A stretch of 58,969 nucleotides of DNA, counting the filler, from Sphacelaria rigidula (taxonomy: Eukaryota): the NCBI GenBank assembly GCA_964200075.2. It is 5 parts of 5 records of this genome, joined end to end, with 100 filler letters (N's around TTAATTAATTAA, not from the genome) between each part and the next. Parts side by side here need not be neighbours in the genome. Positions count along the whole stretch, not along the records: positions 35,445 to 47,158 come from CAXNAA020004603.1; positions 47,259 to 58,969 come from CAXNAA020004604.1; 3 more parts are not named here. One strand, given 5' to 3'. The position numbers and the translations under genes were made by a program. The notes beneath the pieces are model-generated. The model was not told the DNA's origin. It made no database searches and worked only from the letters and a program-made list of their open reading frames with translations. Position 1 is the stretch's first letter. Each line of letters begins with the position of its first letter. Positions 43,351 through 56,400 of this stretch are shown here, one piece after another.

Positions 43351-46238
43351 GCAGCGTTCCTTCGGGGACCCTATTGTTTCCGGCGTCGGGGAGTAGTCGG
43401 TTCTAGTTCCATTTTTTTACTTCTAAGGTCTGTCTTGCTTGAGTTCTGTTCTGGTGTTGCCAGTGTGAGGAAGGCATATCGCTAGAGTAGTCAGAGACCT
43501 ACGGAGGGAGACTGCCGTCCTGATGCCGAAGGAACTCCGAGGCTGGCGACGATTTCCTCTTGTATACTTCGTATGTAGGCAAGAAGTGGGGTCAGACTAG
43601 AAGTGGTCGCCAGGGGCGACCAGGACCTTGGGGGATGTTGGACTGTCCTATATCAGGCTCTTCCTGGCATCACCCCAAGTTGTCTAGTTACGTCGGCATT
43701 ACAGGGTCCTCGGTAATCTGGTCCTTCCGGACCGCTCCCACCTTGTCCCTGCTTGCGCTGCTTTGTCATAAATGTGTGGCATCAGTCTCTAACGTGTCAC
43801 TGCAAAGAGGTATCCTTCACATTCATGTGTAATTCTGATTGATTTCCGAATGATAAATTTGGCTATTGTCCATCCTTAAGCGTTTTGCTAGGACGCTCGA
43901 ACAGTCTGTTGGACAATCACTTCCGTTTCCGTTTCCTGCTATCGATGGATTTCGGATCTGGTCGTGAGCACTCTACTAACCCATTGCCATGACGGTATTT
44001 ATTGATGAGATGTTTAAATTGTGGTACTTCATCGGCTCGGTAGGTTGGGTCGGCTGCTGGGCCGTAGCCTTTGAGTCTCAACCGATATTTATAGTGACGA
44101 AGACTTCTCAGACCTGGTCCTGGAGCGAGGCCCACCACTTTTCCCACAACGTAACGCTCTACTTTAGGTAACGTTTCGTCTGCTTGGCCCATCTCTGGTA
44201 AAGGTATCCGTTTGCCAAGGAACAATTCGCTCAACTTATCGAAATCTGGTGCTGGTGGTGTCTCTCTAGGGTGATATTGCTTCAAGTGAGCGAGATGTAC
44301 CTACATGTCTGTAGAGTGGTCTCCTATTTTGATTCTGTACACAACCGGCGATTGTCTCTCGATTATCGTGAAAGGTCCTCTCGATGGTAATTGGAGTTTC
44401 GGGTGCGGCCCTTCTGAGTCTTGGTATGGTCGATAAAGGAGTACCTTTTGACCGGCTTTGAACACTGGGAACGACTGTACTTTATTGTTCTTGTTTTCTT
44501 GCTCATTCGCTCTTTCTCGTAGAGCTTGTCTCGCCAGTTCAAATCCCAACGGCAAGTTTTCCCGTGTTTCCTTGGTAAATTCTTCGGGTGTTGCTGCTTG
44601 GCTTTATCTGGTATGCCCAGGATGATGTCGATTGGTAATCTGGGCTGTCTTCCGAACAACAAGAAGTACGGTGTCTCTCGCACAGTATTGTGACAGGACG
44701 TCTTGTACGCAATTTGTTGAGCGGAAGCATGGATGCCCAGTTTTTGTTTCCAACTCACATATGCATAGCTGGCATCGCGTGCATAGTGGAGTGGACTCTT
44801 TCCGACACTGAAGTACCTTGCGGGCGTGACGGCGTCGTACGAGTATTTTTTAAACCCAGCTCTTGTTGCAGTGCGTATATTAGCTTGTTTTCAAATTCGG
44901 CTTCTTGGTCGGAATGCAGCTCTTCCGGAATGCCGAATGTATTGAACACTCGATCAATAAGAGTTTTGACTATTGATATGGCCTGTTTATTCGGCACCGG
45001 AATGAGCAAAGCATACCTTGTGAGGTGGTCCATTACGGACAGTACATATTTACACTGCACTCCACCGTCTGACATCGAAGCTGTTTTGTATTCGACCAGG
45101 TCTACCGACACTCTGTCGTATGGCCGTTCTACGGGACATGTCCCATTGGCAATTTTGACCGGTTGTGGACCGTTTTTTCGGCGTTGGCGACCCTGATATA
45201 GGGTGCGTTCTTCAGTGCTTTCTCCTTTTTCAATTTTTCGCGGTCGGCTGACATGAAGACGTTCGTGGCGCTTACGCATACTGATTTCACGGTGAATAGC
45301 GCTCTGTCTCCTTGTACCGGCTTTAAATTGTCGAGCTTCTCATCTGATATTTGAAACTGGTGTTGTCGTGAGAGGGTGTCCCGAATGACATGAAGTTTCC
45401 CCGGTTTGTGTCTGACCGTGAAGTCATATGATTGTAAAGCGATCGCCCAACAAGTCATCATATTGCTCGTATCTTGCGCTGCATATATATATATATATAT
45501 ATCGAAGAGCTGCATGATTGTTACACTCGTAAAGTGAAGGCCCCATAAGAAAAGTCCACACGTCGGACAGATCAGCTCCCTACAGCTCGAGCTAGCTCTT
45601 TTCTAGGGTAGCTCCCTAGTCAGCTATGAGAGCTACATGAGCTACGCATGCTTTTCCTGGGGTGAGCTATGAGAGGTGTATGAGCTACGCATATTTACCG
45701 TACGTGAGTAACCAACCCGTAGGTCATCAGCTCATGTCCGAACTGGGTGAGCTATGGGAGCTCGTTCCTTGGAGGACTCTGGTGTTCCTGGCGTCAGGGC
45801 AATCGATTCTCGTTCTTGTTTTTTACTTTTACGGCCTGTCTTGCCTGAGTTTTTTTCGGATGACACCAATATGACGAAGGGGTATCGCTACAGTAGGATA
45901 GACAGAGACCTACGGGGGAGACTGTCGTTGGAGATGTCGTCCTGACGCCGAAGGAACTCCGAGGCTGGCGATGATTTTCTCTTGTGATACGTAGGCAAGA
46001 AGTGGGCGAGACGTGAAAGTGATCACCGTGGGGTGATCAGTCACCTCGGGGCGTGCAGGGTCATCCTGAGATCAGCTTTTCCTGGTACCACCCCAACTTG
46101 TCTAGTATCGTTGGCATTACGGGGTCTCGGCAATTTGGTCTTTTCGGACCGCTCCCATCTTATGCCTTCATGCGCCAGTTCTTCATGCATGTGTGGCATC
46201 AATCTCTGATATTTCACTGCAAAGAGGTGTCTTCCACA
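43351..46238 (-). mobile_element. Internally deleted Ty3/Gypsy (chromovirus-like) LTR retrotransposon
   Basis: RNase H tail (WAIALQSYDFTVRHKPGKLHVIRDTLSR), integrase core (RVSVDLVEY...DHLTRY...FGIPEELHSDQ...SRPQGTSVSERVH), TPYFLLFGRQPRLPID, GPF motif (RGPFTIIER) and chromodomain-like end (YVVGKVV...YKYRLRLKGYGPAADPTY). Frameshifted. Diverged LTR-like direct repeats at ~43351-43821 and ~45760-46238. Confidence 0.9.
43917..45470 (-). pseudogene. Gypsy pol remnant (RNase H end, integrase, chromodomain)
   Basis: ORF-track fragments 45129-45515, 44755-45279, 44363-44758, 44301-44555 and 43917-44285 join into one pol C-terminus across frameshifts and stops. Confidence 0.88.
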
Positions 46239-46329
46239 GAAAGTAGCGATACAAGCTGAAGGGGGCGTTAGTTTTTCTCGGCATCAATACGACCTGAGCC
46301 GGTCTAGACGCGAATTTGTGGTTCGCAGA

Positions 46330-46597
46330 CCCCGTCTCTCCTCAATTTTTGGAGTTGGACTTTCAAGTTTGGTACGGAGAAAGAATTGGGCATGCTAAAA
46401 AAATGTCAAGCGGCACATTGAGTTTTTTTTTCGTGGGTTAGTGGCAATAACCAGCATCTAGTTAGTAGTACAATGTCGTGAACCCACGAAAAATAACAAA
46501 AAAACTCAATGTGCTGCCTGAAATATTTTCAGCATGCCCTATTCTTTCTCCGTACCGATTTTGAAAGTCCAACTCCCAAAATTGAGGGGAGATGGGG
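46330..46597. repeat. Long inverted repeat (foldback), arms ~110 bp, loop ~40 bp
   Basis: ccccgtctctcctcaatttttggagttggactttcaa...cacattgagttttttttt cgtgggtt pairs with aacccacgaaaa...aaactcaatgtg...ttgaaagtccaactcccaaaattgaggggagatgggg. Confidence 0.85.
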
Positions 46598-47158
46598 CGA
46601 TTTAGAAATCAGGCTGGGCGAAATTCGGAGCAACATTCTCCGGGCCATTTACTGGCCAAGGTTTGGTGCTTATCTTTTGAATCTTTTTGTGGGACCTCGC
46701 TAGACCATAGCGAACCCAAAAAAGTGGGAAATGTTGATATATATATATATATATTGGAAAGTGCCCTATTAGGCCCAGTGCCATATTAAGCACACTTCGG
46801 AAAAAATGGTGACAAAATGACGCTCACGACATGGAGCTCCTCTTTTTTTCGTTCGAAACGGTGAGTCTACATCTCCAGCTTTCGTTTGCGCTCTTCGGCG
46901 TGCCGATCGACCTCGTCACTCACGAGCTACGGCAGTCACAATCACTGGATCTGGCCGTGCAGGCTGATGTTGGTTTGGCGTCGATCGTGCTGCTAAGGAC
47001 GAAGCAAAAGGTGACACGACTTGTAGACTTCAGCGTGGCCCAGGCGGCCCGAAGCACTGACAGGAGCAAGCACATGACACCTACGGCGGCTGAGAAGGCT
47101 GTTTTAGCGCTGTACAGCACTCGCCACCTGAAGAGCGGATGTGAAAAGGGTACAGCAG

Positions 47159-47258
47159 NNNNNNNNNNNNNNNNNNNNNNNNNNNNNNNNNNNNNNNNNN
47201 NNTTAATTAATTAANNNNNNNNNNNNNNNNNNNNNNNNNNNNNNNNNNNNNNNNNNNN
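47159..47258. other. Artificial contig linker
   Basis: N44-TTAATTAATTAA-N44. Confidence 0.97.
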
Positions 47259-47406
47259 GGATACCCCGGTAAATACCGGGGGTACGCTTGGTCCGGTACC
47301 TTACCTACGGTGCCTGGGTATTCTTCGTGATAATACATCGCAAAACTCGGTGCTACAGGGCGCCGAATCTGCAGCTCAATCAGACACCGATGAACACGGT
47401 ACTCAC

Positions 47407-50400
47407 AGCGCATCAGCCACTCGGCACAGCTCCTCGTTGGTCAGCTTGGACAGCAGCGGCACGCCCTTCAAGATGCGCAGACGCATGTTATTCTGCAAGA
47501 TGGTTTGGATAGGCCCCAGTAGCTGGAAGAATCGCGTGCGGTCTAGGGACAAGCAAGTCACCTGAGGGTTGGTGTTCAATGTTTGTCGACAAGCACACAC
47601 GAGAGATGGAGAGGTGAATGATGACACGCCTCAGACTATTGAAAAAGTGATCGTACTGTAGATTTTCCACGCCTGAGAAGGATCGATACACGAGAATAGA
47701 TATATATATATACTGAGTATAAATACAACTGAATTTTACTTGCAATACGCGGACGATCCGGGAAGTGCTGTGAACATATATAGAGAGGGAAATGACAATA
47801 TGTTGACATAATGAAACAAGAGACAAGTCGACAAATATTTTGCCAATGACAGATGGAACAACGGCAAGGATTAAATTTAAATTACGTGAGCCGCACAACG
47901 TGCCCTCATAGGGAGAATATATACATGCAACACTCGTAAATTTCGCTGCCTCACTTCGGCTAACACTTCAACGCATAATATTTGAGTGGTAACACTGGAT
48001 GCCCCCTGCCTTTAGTTTGAATGCCGACATGTGTTGGAACTCTACCGAAGCACCCCGCCACCGACTGAAAGCGCGTACTTGAAGTACGAGGCCTGCTTCA
48101 AAGTTGGATATTGTGTAACTCCGGGGCGTGGAACTTTGCCCAGCTCAACCCTACCACACTCTGGATGATGACAATATAGTACTGTCAAAAATTGTACTGG
48201 GTACAGTGAGTATCGTCTATTGCATAGATGCGATAGACGATAGAGAAGCAATACAGCGCCTCTTCCAGAATATCAACCCCCAAATCCATGAGTACCCGTG
48301 TTTGTTGAAATTGTGACTACGAAGCAAAACACTCCTCCGACAAACTCATGAAGATGAGGTACAACATCCGGGCGCCAGAGCGAACCCTGCGACTGACGCG
48401 TTGACTACCACGATTGGCTCTCCAAAGTTGGTCCTCTTTGCCGGTATAGACAACATATCCACACAACTATCCTCGCTCCCATCAATATCGCCCGCCCAGA
48501 GGATGTATGTCTGCTTGATCTGCGATTTTGAAAATCTCTAAAGTGTAGTAAAAAGAGTGACTTCTTCACGGCATGACTTTCACACACACATATTAGGGGG
48601 GCGTTGCTGCAGTGGCCGCTGGGATGCTAGCTTCTGGGGTGAACGGGTCACAGAACTGATTCGAAGAGTAAAGTCAACACAGAAAGATCAGGTGGCGGCT
48701 TCACGCATTAGATACACCGCGAGACCATCTCAACTCGTGGGGAGATCTCGGCCACAAACATTATATGACTACACCTTAGCCTGCAAGTATATGACCTTGG
48801 GGATCTTACGGGGGGGAGGGGCGAGTAAATCCAAGTATATTACCGAGATTCATGATAGTTGAGTGTACTATTCCGGATTTTCCTGATGATTTTGGCGTTC
48901 AGATTTTCTGGACGTTCGTATTCCCTGGGTTCAATGCATAGTTGTCAAAGAGGCCAATGGTGACTATGTTGAACGTGATAGCCTCGACTCCTGTGCCGGC
49001 ATGCGGCGTCTTTTGAGGTGCACAACTCAAGACAGAGCGAGGGGAAGACGCAACTAGCGCGAGCCGACATATTACCAACGCCAAAACTGTTCCGACAAAC
49101 CTAGTCCCGTTCCGAACGGCATCATGGCTGCTGACTTGTGTAACAATAGGAAAGACTTAGATAAGTAACATTTACACCCCTGCCTCTCAGCATCGAACAA
49201 CATTTTTTTACAGCTCGTATCGTTACGGAGCGTAAACTCACGACACACCACGAGTTGACCACAACTGCTGGCATTGTTGTGCAGACAGGAAAGAGGCCGG
49301 AAACAAGCTAGCTCGCCGTTCACCAGCGCGTTATCAGAGCTTTTGCAATTAAACAGTACCCAAGCCACAAACATAAAACACAGCGCCGGAAGTTTTGCAG
49401 CCGTCACCACGTGAAAAAGGACACGCCCCGGTCATTTCACCCTCACATCATTACACCCTGGACAATAGACGGCATCTATTGCGATAGCAAAAGAATCTGC
49501 TGCAGTAGATGCAAATATTGTCGTCCGTAATGGCCATCGATCGGCAAGTGTATCTTTCTGTTATCGTTGGCAATGTCTTTCGATAGACCAGTTTCCTACG
49601 CTTTTGTCTGGACAGCAGTCTTCAACGGCCCTACACCGAAATCTTTTGCGGCCGACCAAATGCATCGATCGATAGGTTTCCAAATCTAATGATGACGGCA
49701 ATGGCTATCGATAGACCGCGTGCCAAATCTATCGATGAAGGCAATAGCTATTGATGGATTGCGTATAAATCTATGCATGGCGGCAATGAATATCGATATA
49801 TACATACCAGAAGCAACTGTGGTATATAATTCCTACCGACATATTTCCTCTGTCGTCTATTGCCACACCTACATCGTAACGTACTACGTATAGAGAATTG
49901 TATACTCCGTTAAGATACGGTAGAGAAGCCACAGGTGGACATGCAGTGGGTATAGAATGATACTACTTGTGAATATATGATAACAGGTTTCTACAATTTT
50001 GGAACGCTTGTATTTTGTAGGAATTCGCAACATGTGTTAGTACTTACGGTTGTTCTTCTGATGGACATCAGCGCTTACAGTACTCCTGTGTGTGGGTGAG
50101 ATGTGCTTGTGCCCTGGACAATAGACTAAATATATAGAACATTGGCGCTGCAATAACCCCGAAAATTTGACTGTCAAAGTTCATTGTCAGTCAGTAACTA
50201 CTGACATCAAAGTCTATCGATAGCTATTGTAGGCGACAATAGATTCGGGACGATGGTTTGACAATGGAGGGGCCCAGTTGATTATCTATACATTTTATTT
50301 GTTGCAATAGGCTCTGAATTGTGGCCACCAATGTTGAGTGTCAATCACAAAAGGATCTACCGCGTGGCCACCAATACATATTGTTGGTCACAATAAGATA

Positions 50401-53400
50401 CCAATTGCGCCCACCAATGTCCATTTAGGGTCACAATAGAATCTGAATCGCAGCCACCAATGCTTACCGCTGGTCACAAGGCAATTTGAATCGCGGCCAC
50501 CAATATCTATTGCTGACCACAAAGGTGGCTGAATGGCGGTCATTACTAGCGCTATGTATGCACATTTTTCGATGTATGTTTCCACGTTGTTCTACAGAGG
50601 CTATGGCCAGCTATTGCCTCAGGCCGTTGCGTGTTCATGTGTGAGGGGTATTACCGTTGATATCATGAGACCATTGCAGTGAGCGTATGTTTCAAAACCT
50701 ATCTTTGGCGTCACTGGCTGTCGATAGGTGCTCCCGAGAGCAATCGATTGTTGACGGCAATGCCCATATTGGTAAATACCAAAAAATGCATTGTGGGCGG
50801 CAGAGGCTACAGTTAGACGGCTCACCAAATCTATTGATGGCGGTAATAGGTATAGATGGATAACTCACAAAACCTTTTGATAACGGCAATAACTATCGAT
50901 GGATGGCTCACCAAGCCTTATGATTACGGCAATGGCTATCGATATATACAACCCAGAATCTATTGCGGTACACGATGTCCGTCGATGGTGAGTGATCTTC
51001 ATCTATTGTAATCGCCAAATTCTTTCGATCGACTATTGCAATATCACTGTCTCTTGCACTACCTGTCAATAGATGTGTTTCACCATCTATCGTGTTCGAT
51101 AATAGATGTCGATAGATTTTTCCCTGTCTATTGCTGAAGCAATGAACTATTATTGTGTCCACTGTCCAGAGTGTGCACATCATCGAGATCCTACAAGACG
51201 ATCCTTATTTGGGGGGGGGGCAACAGATCTTCACACACGTTGTCTAACCTCGCATGACCTTGAAAAACCTAAATCCAGATTTTCATCCACCCGTCTGAAA
51301 CGGCTTCGGGTGGGTGTCTTGTGCACGCTCCCAAGACAATGCTTGCGATCAATCAAACTCAACGACAGAGTAAATACATCCTCTGCAGCTGGCGTTGTTC
51401 AAATCGCCGAGGCGAAAACTGCGGTAATAGTTTCCAATGGAGTCGGCTGTGCCCTTCAAGAGACGTGGGGTGGAGCGCCAGTGAGTGAACATAGGTCCCA
51501 CCGACTGAGATGTGTACGTTGTACCCAGGAATTGTTATCGTGCGCGGCTACTATTCGTTTCTCACAAGAAAGTTCACATACGATGAAGAAGAAAAATATC
51601 AGGTGACCCTCTGCTTACATACACTACAGGTAAGGCGTAAACAAGAGAGAGCGAGGGATTTCTTACCGTCTCAACCAACTCCCCAAATCCCCGATCGTAA
51701 CACATAAATTTGCTCGCGTCAAACCCTGAGGCTAACCCTAAACCTTGATCAAGCACAACCCAAGGCAGCAGACCGAGAACCCTCGAGCACAGGCGGTGCA
51801 AACGGTGGCCTTGGCCACGTGTGTGCTAGCAGCGCCCAAAACAGCGCCATGGACGCGGCCGTGAGCCAGAGACCATGATGAGCACAGTGGATAAGCTTTT
51901 GGGGGTTGTGAGCCCTGTAAGTATTTTACAAGAGTTGGACTACGAGAATACCAACATTTCTATACCCTAGACAATGGAATATAGTCACACAGTGTACTGC
52001 GTATAGTATCGACTGTTGTGCCTAGTGCAACAGACAATAGATTCCATACTGCACACAGTACATTTTTCGACAGTAGAGTACACTGTCCAGGGCTTGAACT
52101 TTTCCAGCCATGAAGTTGGGGAGTCGGGTTCGCAATAAGTCTACTCCAGGCATGGAAAAACTCGGGTGATTTCGCTACTTTTGAGCCTGCCAGATGGCAC
52201 GAGCTCACAAGGAACAGGCGCAGATTGCAGGACACCACGAAAAGAAAATCCTCGTACCCCTAGTTAGAACGCAAGAACCAAAACCTAGTCGTTTATTCAA
52301 TCCTCTGCACAGACGACGTGTAGTATCGGCCCAACTTGGAAGTTGAGTATCAAGATGCACAACACGAACGCCACTGGAGCCCGTGAATAGATCGAAAATA
52401 TATATATTTTTATGTTGTGTTGCTCCGCTATCGAAACCCGTTGCACTCCATAAATTTTGTGACATTTTACTGCATAAGCACGTGAGAATTGATTTCAACG
52501 CACGAACGTTCGCAGCGGCGTCTATGAGACTCAAACTGAAGACGTTTTTTCAGCGCTCAATGTGGCGGGAGGACAGACCATCTCAGGTCTTGTCAAGGTA
52601 CGCCCTTGTGGAAGACTTTAGCTGTCGGAAAGACTTTTGACCAGACAACGAAACCTCCTGATTTCCGCGCATGTGATGACATGAAGCAATCATCTCCGAC
52701 ACGCACATACAAACGTGGATTCTATATGTAAGTATAATGTTAATAACATGGGTTATGTATGTGAGCGGGGGGGGGGTTGACATTTCCCCTTCGAGTTCAT
52801 GCCGACCGTTTTCGGAAGACCTCCGTTCCATTGCGGGCTGAAGAGTTGAAAAAGCCTGTTGAGCCCCGCCTGCGTTTTTTTGTGGGACTCAGCTGGCTAT
52901 GCAGAATAGGCCCGGCGTCCGATGAATTTGAGCTCAATAGGACAACAACATTTGAGCAGGACAACGGTATACCACGAACTATATTGATGACGGAATAGTG
53001 GCTACATGCATCGAACCATCATTATGTATCTCTCATTTTCTCATGATTTTTCGGGTGAAGGACGAGCAGCATTTTTTTATTTTCCATGTATAACAAGAAC
53101 AGGGAAAATAATGAATGATGGCGACGCGAAACTTGAAACAGATTGGTCTCTGATTCAGCTCCCTTTTCTCATGAACATGTGGTGAAGAAGACTGGGGTTT
53201 TCCTTTCTTCTCAGACACTGTGTGACCGGGCCGGGAATCAAACTCAGGATCTCTGTTCCCGCTGGCAGAAGCAAGGTTTCATCTCATTACTCTGCATCAC
53301 CGTATAAAAAGGTGCCGGGCCTTCGAGAGACACTCGTGGTGCTTCGCCCTTTCAACAATGTGTAGCATTCAAGATTCCTGCTCCTTCACGTGACATGCTG

Positions 53401-56400
53401 CGCTGGCTTTTTGACCAACCTCGTCTCTCACAACCATCTTATGCTGCAACACCTTCATGTCGGGGAGATAAATTTCATGCGCGCGGGATCACTTTTCGTC
53501 TCATTCCAAGTTTTCTTCGTTGCGCCACGCAGCGCCGCCTGACTATCGCCGCCGACAGCAGCACTTTCCCTTGATATTCATCATCTTTAGCGTGGCCCTC
53601 GCTGCGCCCGAGGGTGGGTGGTGGTGGCGGTGGAGGGGGGGAAGTGTACTCATGATCATGAACGCTGTATCCATTAGATACACCTGTGACCTCGCATCCC
53701 TACAAAGCCGGGACGGAGCACGTCGGGTTTTCGCCGGACCAGGCTCGCAATCAATCACCGAGCGCGGAGCGCCGTCAAGTGTTCGGCGAGTCGCATGAAC
53801 GGTCAGCTACGTCCTGCCAAGATTGCTCGGCTCAACGCGTACTGATAATCTTGCATGTGAATGACAGAGTTCATCCGTACCTGTGCGAATCAGTGTAATT
53901 TTCCCGCGAATTCACCAACACCTTTGATCAAAACATGAACCGTTACACCTGTCGAACGAGATAGCGGAAATGGCAGCACTTTTTTCCCCCCGTGTCCTCA
54001 TCGAATTTTTTGTGGCGGGTGTAAGGGTCGTTTTGGTGCTATCTCTTCGGGTGTTTTTTCGTAGCTGTTCCACTAATCTAAAACGCGTTGATCGCCGTGG
54101 GTTAATGCGCCACAACTTGTCGGTGCGTTTCGTCATCATGTGTGTAGATGTGATGGGCCATGCTCATTACAGCAGACCATATCGATGAGAACATCATCAC
54201 CGGTGAACATGATCACAGGAAAGCATAAAGGTCATCATGACCACCTTTTTCGGCTTTGAAGTATTGCACCCAGTCCACCAGGGACTATCCTACTCCAGAT
54301 TCAAGAACGTTGTGCAGGCGACGGAATGAAGCGCCACCTAAACACCAAAGATAATTCTAAGCATGTTTTCAACGTTCTCGAATTCGCGGTACACGCTTGA
54401 AGTGCGGTGACCAGATGGGGATGGTCATCCGACCATCAGCCAAACATTGCCGCCTATTTTCCATGTCTACGGAACGGTGGCCTACACTCCTCCTAGAGCG
54501 CCAGCCCTTCTTTCGGAACGATATCACCAGCTGACTCTTCAATGCCGCCGACGCTACACCTGAGTAGCCCTCCTCTCTTTGAGAACACCTCTTCCAGTAA
54601 CTACATACCATGTATTTCATGATCCCCAAGCCATGTCTTATGCATTTTGCTACGCCAACAGCACCCGTTTCTCACATGTTGTCCACTTTTCCACCAAGGA
54701 TCTATAGGGGGGCTCGGTGCCAAAGAAGCGAAGTCTTCGAATACCAGCATCTTCGGATCTTCCAGGAACACTTGGATATGAAAATCAAGTCTCAAAACGG
54801 TACCCGTTAGTATAAACGGTTTGTATATGTAGAGATGGTCACACTGGAATATGACAGTATACGTTGCAGTCGAGTGGTCAAGCTCATTTGGGAGCAGGAA
54901 CGGCTTACATTTTGTTTGAACTTGCGGGGAAGGGTGGGGGAGGGGGTTAACAAGGGTTCGGTCAAAATTAAGAACTCCGCACGTATGAAGGCCATGAGGA
55001 AGAGCTTCCTGCCTGTTAGTCTGTGGTGTTTGCTCGGAATGCTACATCTATCGCACACGAGAATATACTCCGGTTGAAAATTGGGGATTGATCGGTTCAT
55101 CGATTGTCACACATTGTCTCACGCCTTAACTGCACGAATCCAGCCGTGGATCGTGAGATAAGACTGGGGATACAAACCAGTAATGTCCGTCGAAAGCAAA
55201 AATCAAGCTGCATGAATCAATCACACACTCTCACCCTGCCTCCACCGGCAATGCAATTCGCCGCCCTAGGCTCGTCCAACATTAGAGCCATTTCACCGAA
55301 GTAGTCTCCGGCACCCAGGGTAAGCAAGGCCATTTCTGTGAGGTCTGTAGCGCTCTTCGCCTGTGTGCACGACACCGTGCCCGACTCGATCAAGAAAAAA
55401 TCTTCCCCGTGTTCTCCTGGTTTTTTTTTTCATTATTTTGCGCGTTTGTTTTGGGATCGGGAGGGAAAGGGCGAGGAGGATGCAACGAAGGGGAACGACG
55501 GCATGAAGAATAAGCACTGCAGTAAATATTGGACCGTTGAATTTTGTTACTCCGGAGAGCCAAGTTCATACCATCAATCATGATTAGAGTGACCGAGCGC
55601 TATATTCGGAGGGGGATTGGAGCTGGGGGCCAAGAACTAGACGTTTGTGGAGATCGGCATTTGGGCATGTGCGGAGAGATTTCCTTTTATGACGTGTAAC
55701 CTAGTGAACGGCTGTTACAGGGGTAAGTTCGCAGGAGCCCCGAAACTTCCATATTTGTACAGCCGGATCTGGGACCCCAAGGTAACACTTCCCAGCGAAC
55801 TGCTGGCTATCCCTGGGTATCACTCTTGACCAAGACTTTCAGACTTCGTCATCGGGCTAACTCGCTCACGCTCGTCGAGGTTTCCCGAGTGATCCACTTT
55901 TGCCTCAACTCCACGACTCACGGTCAATCCTTGACTACATAACCCGAGGGAAATCATCGGCCACCTTCCACGGTTTCTACCGTCAGCGAGAGTCTCGCGA
56001 CTTCCACACATTAGGTGATTTACGACACCTAAATTCAAAGTAGCACTCAGAAATGATAATGAGATGACACAACATCACAGTAAGGCGGGCCCCGACCACG
56101 TGGAGAGAAATTGGCGGAATGGAATCTCCCAACAATCATTCCGAGCGAGGAAGGGATACGACAACGACAACCATGTGCACAGTATTAAAACGAATGCAAA
56201 TGTCTATTTTCTTCATCGTATTATTTTACTTTATTGCATTTGCTTTTCACATTCCTCATATTTCCTGTCTTCTTTTTTGGCTCGGTCATTTCTTTCTGTG
56301 CTTCACTTGTGTTGACTTCTTTTCTTATTATCATCATTATTTTTTTTCACGTCCTAGTCCACCATGCCGTTCTGTTTGACTTTTTTTTCTCTCTTCCTTC

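Noticed and set aside
50325..50960. CRISPR array
   Set aside because: Conserved motifs are only 6-8 nt, the spacers are partly related, the context is a eukaryotic intron inside TIRs and no cas genes are present.
51529..51629. Plus-strand exon-like block (IVIVRGYYSFLTRKFTYDEEEKYQVTLCLHTLQ) with AG/GT ends in the cNMP gene intron
   Set aside because: No partner exons or recognisable family; cannot support a nested gene.
23420..53305. True tRNA genes at the B-box-like sites (~23445 and ~53235)
   Set aside because: No complete cloverleaf can be folded; kept only as low-confidence SINE heads.
54280..54800. Possible degenerate retroelement coding sequence
   Set aside because: Multiple stops in all frames and no diagnostic motif identified with confidence.
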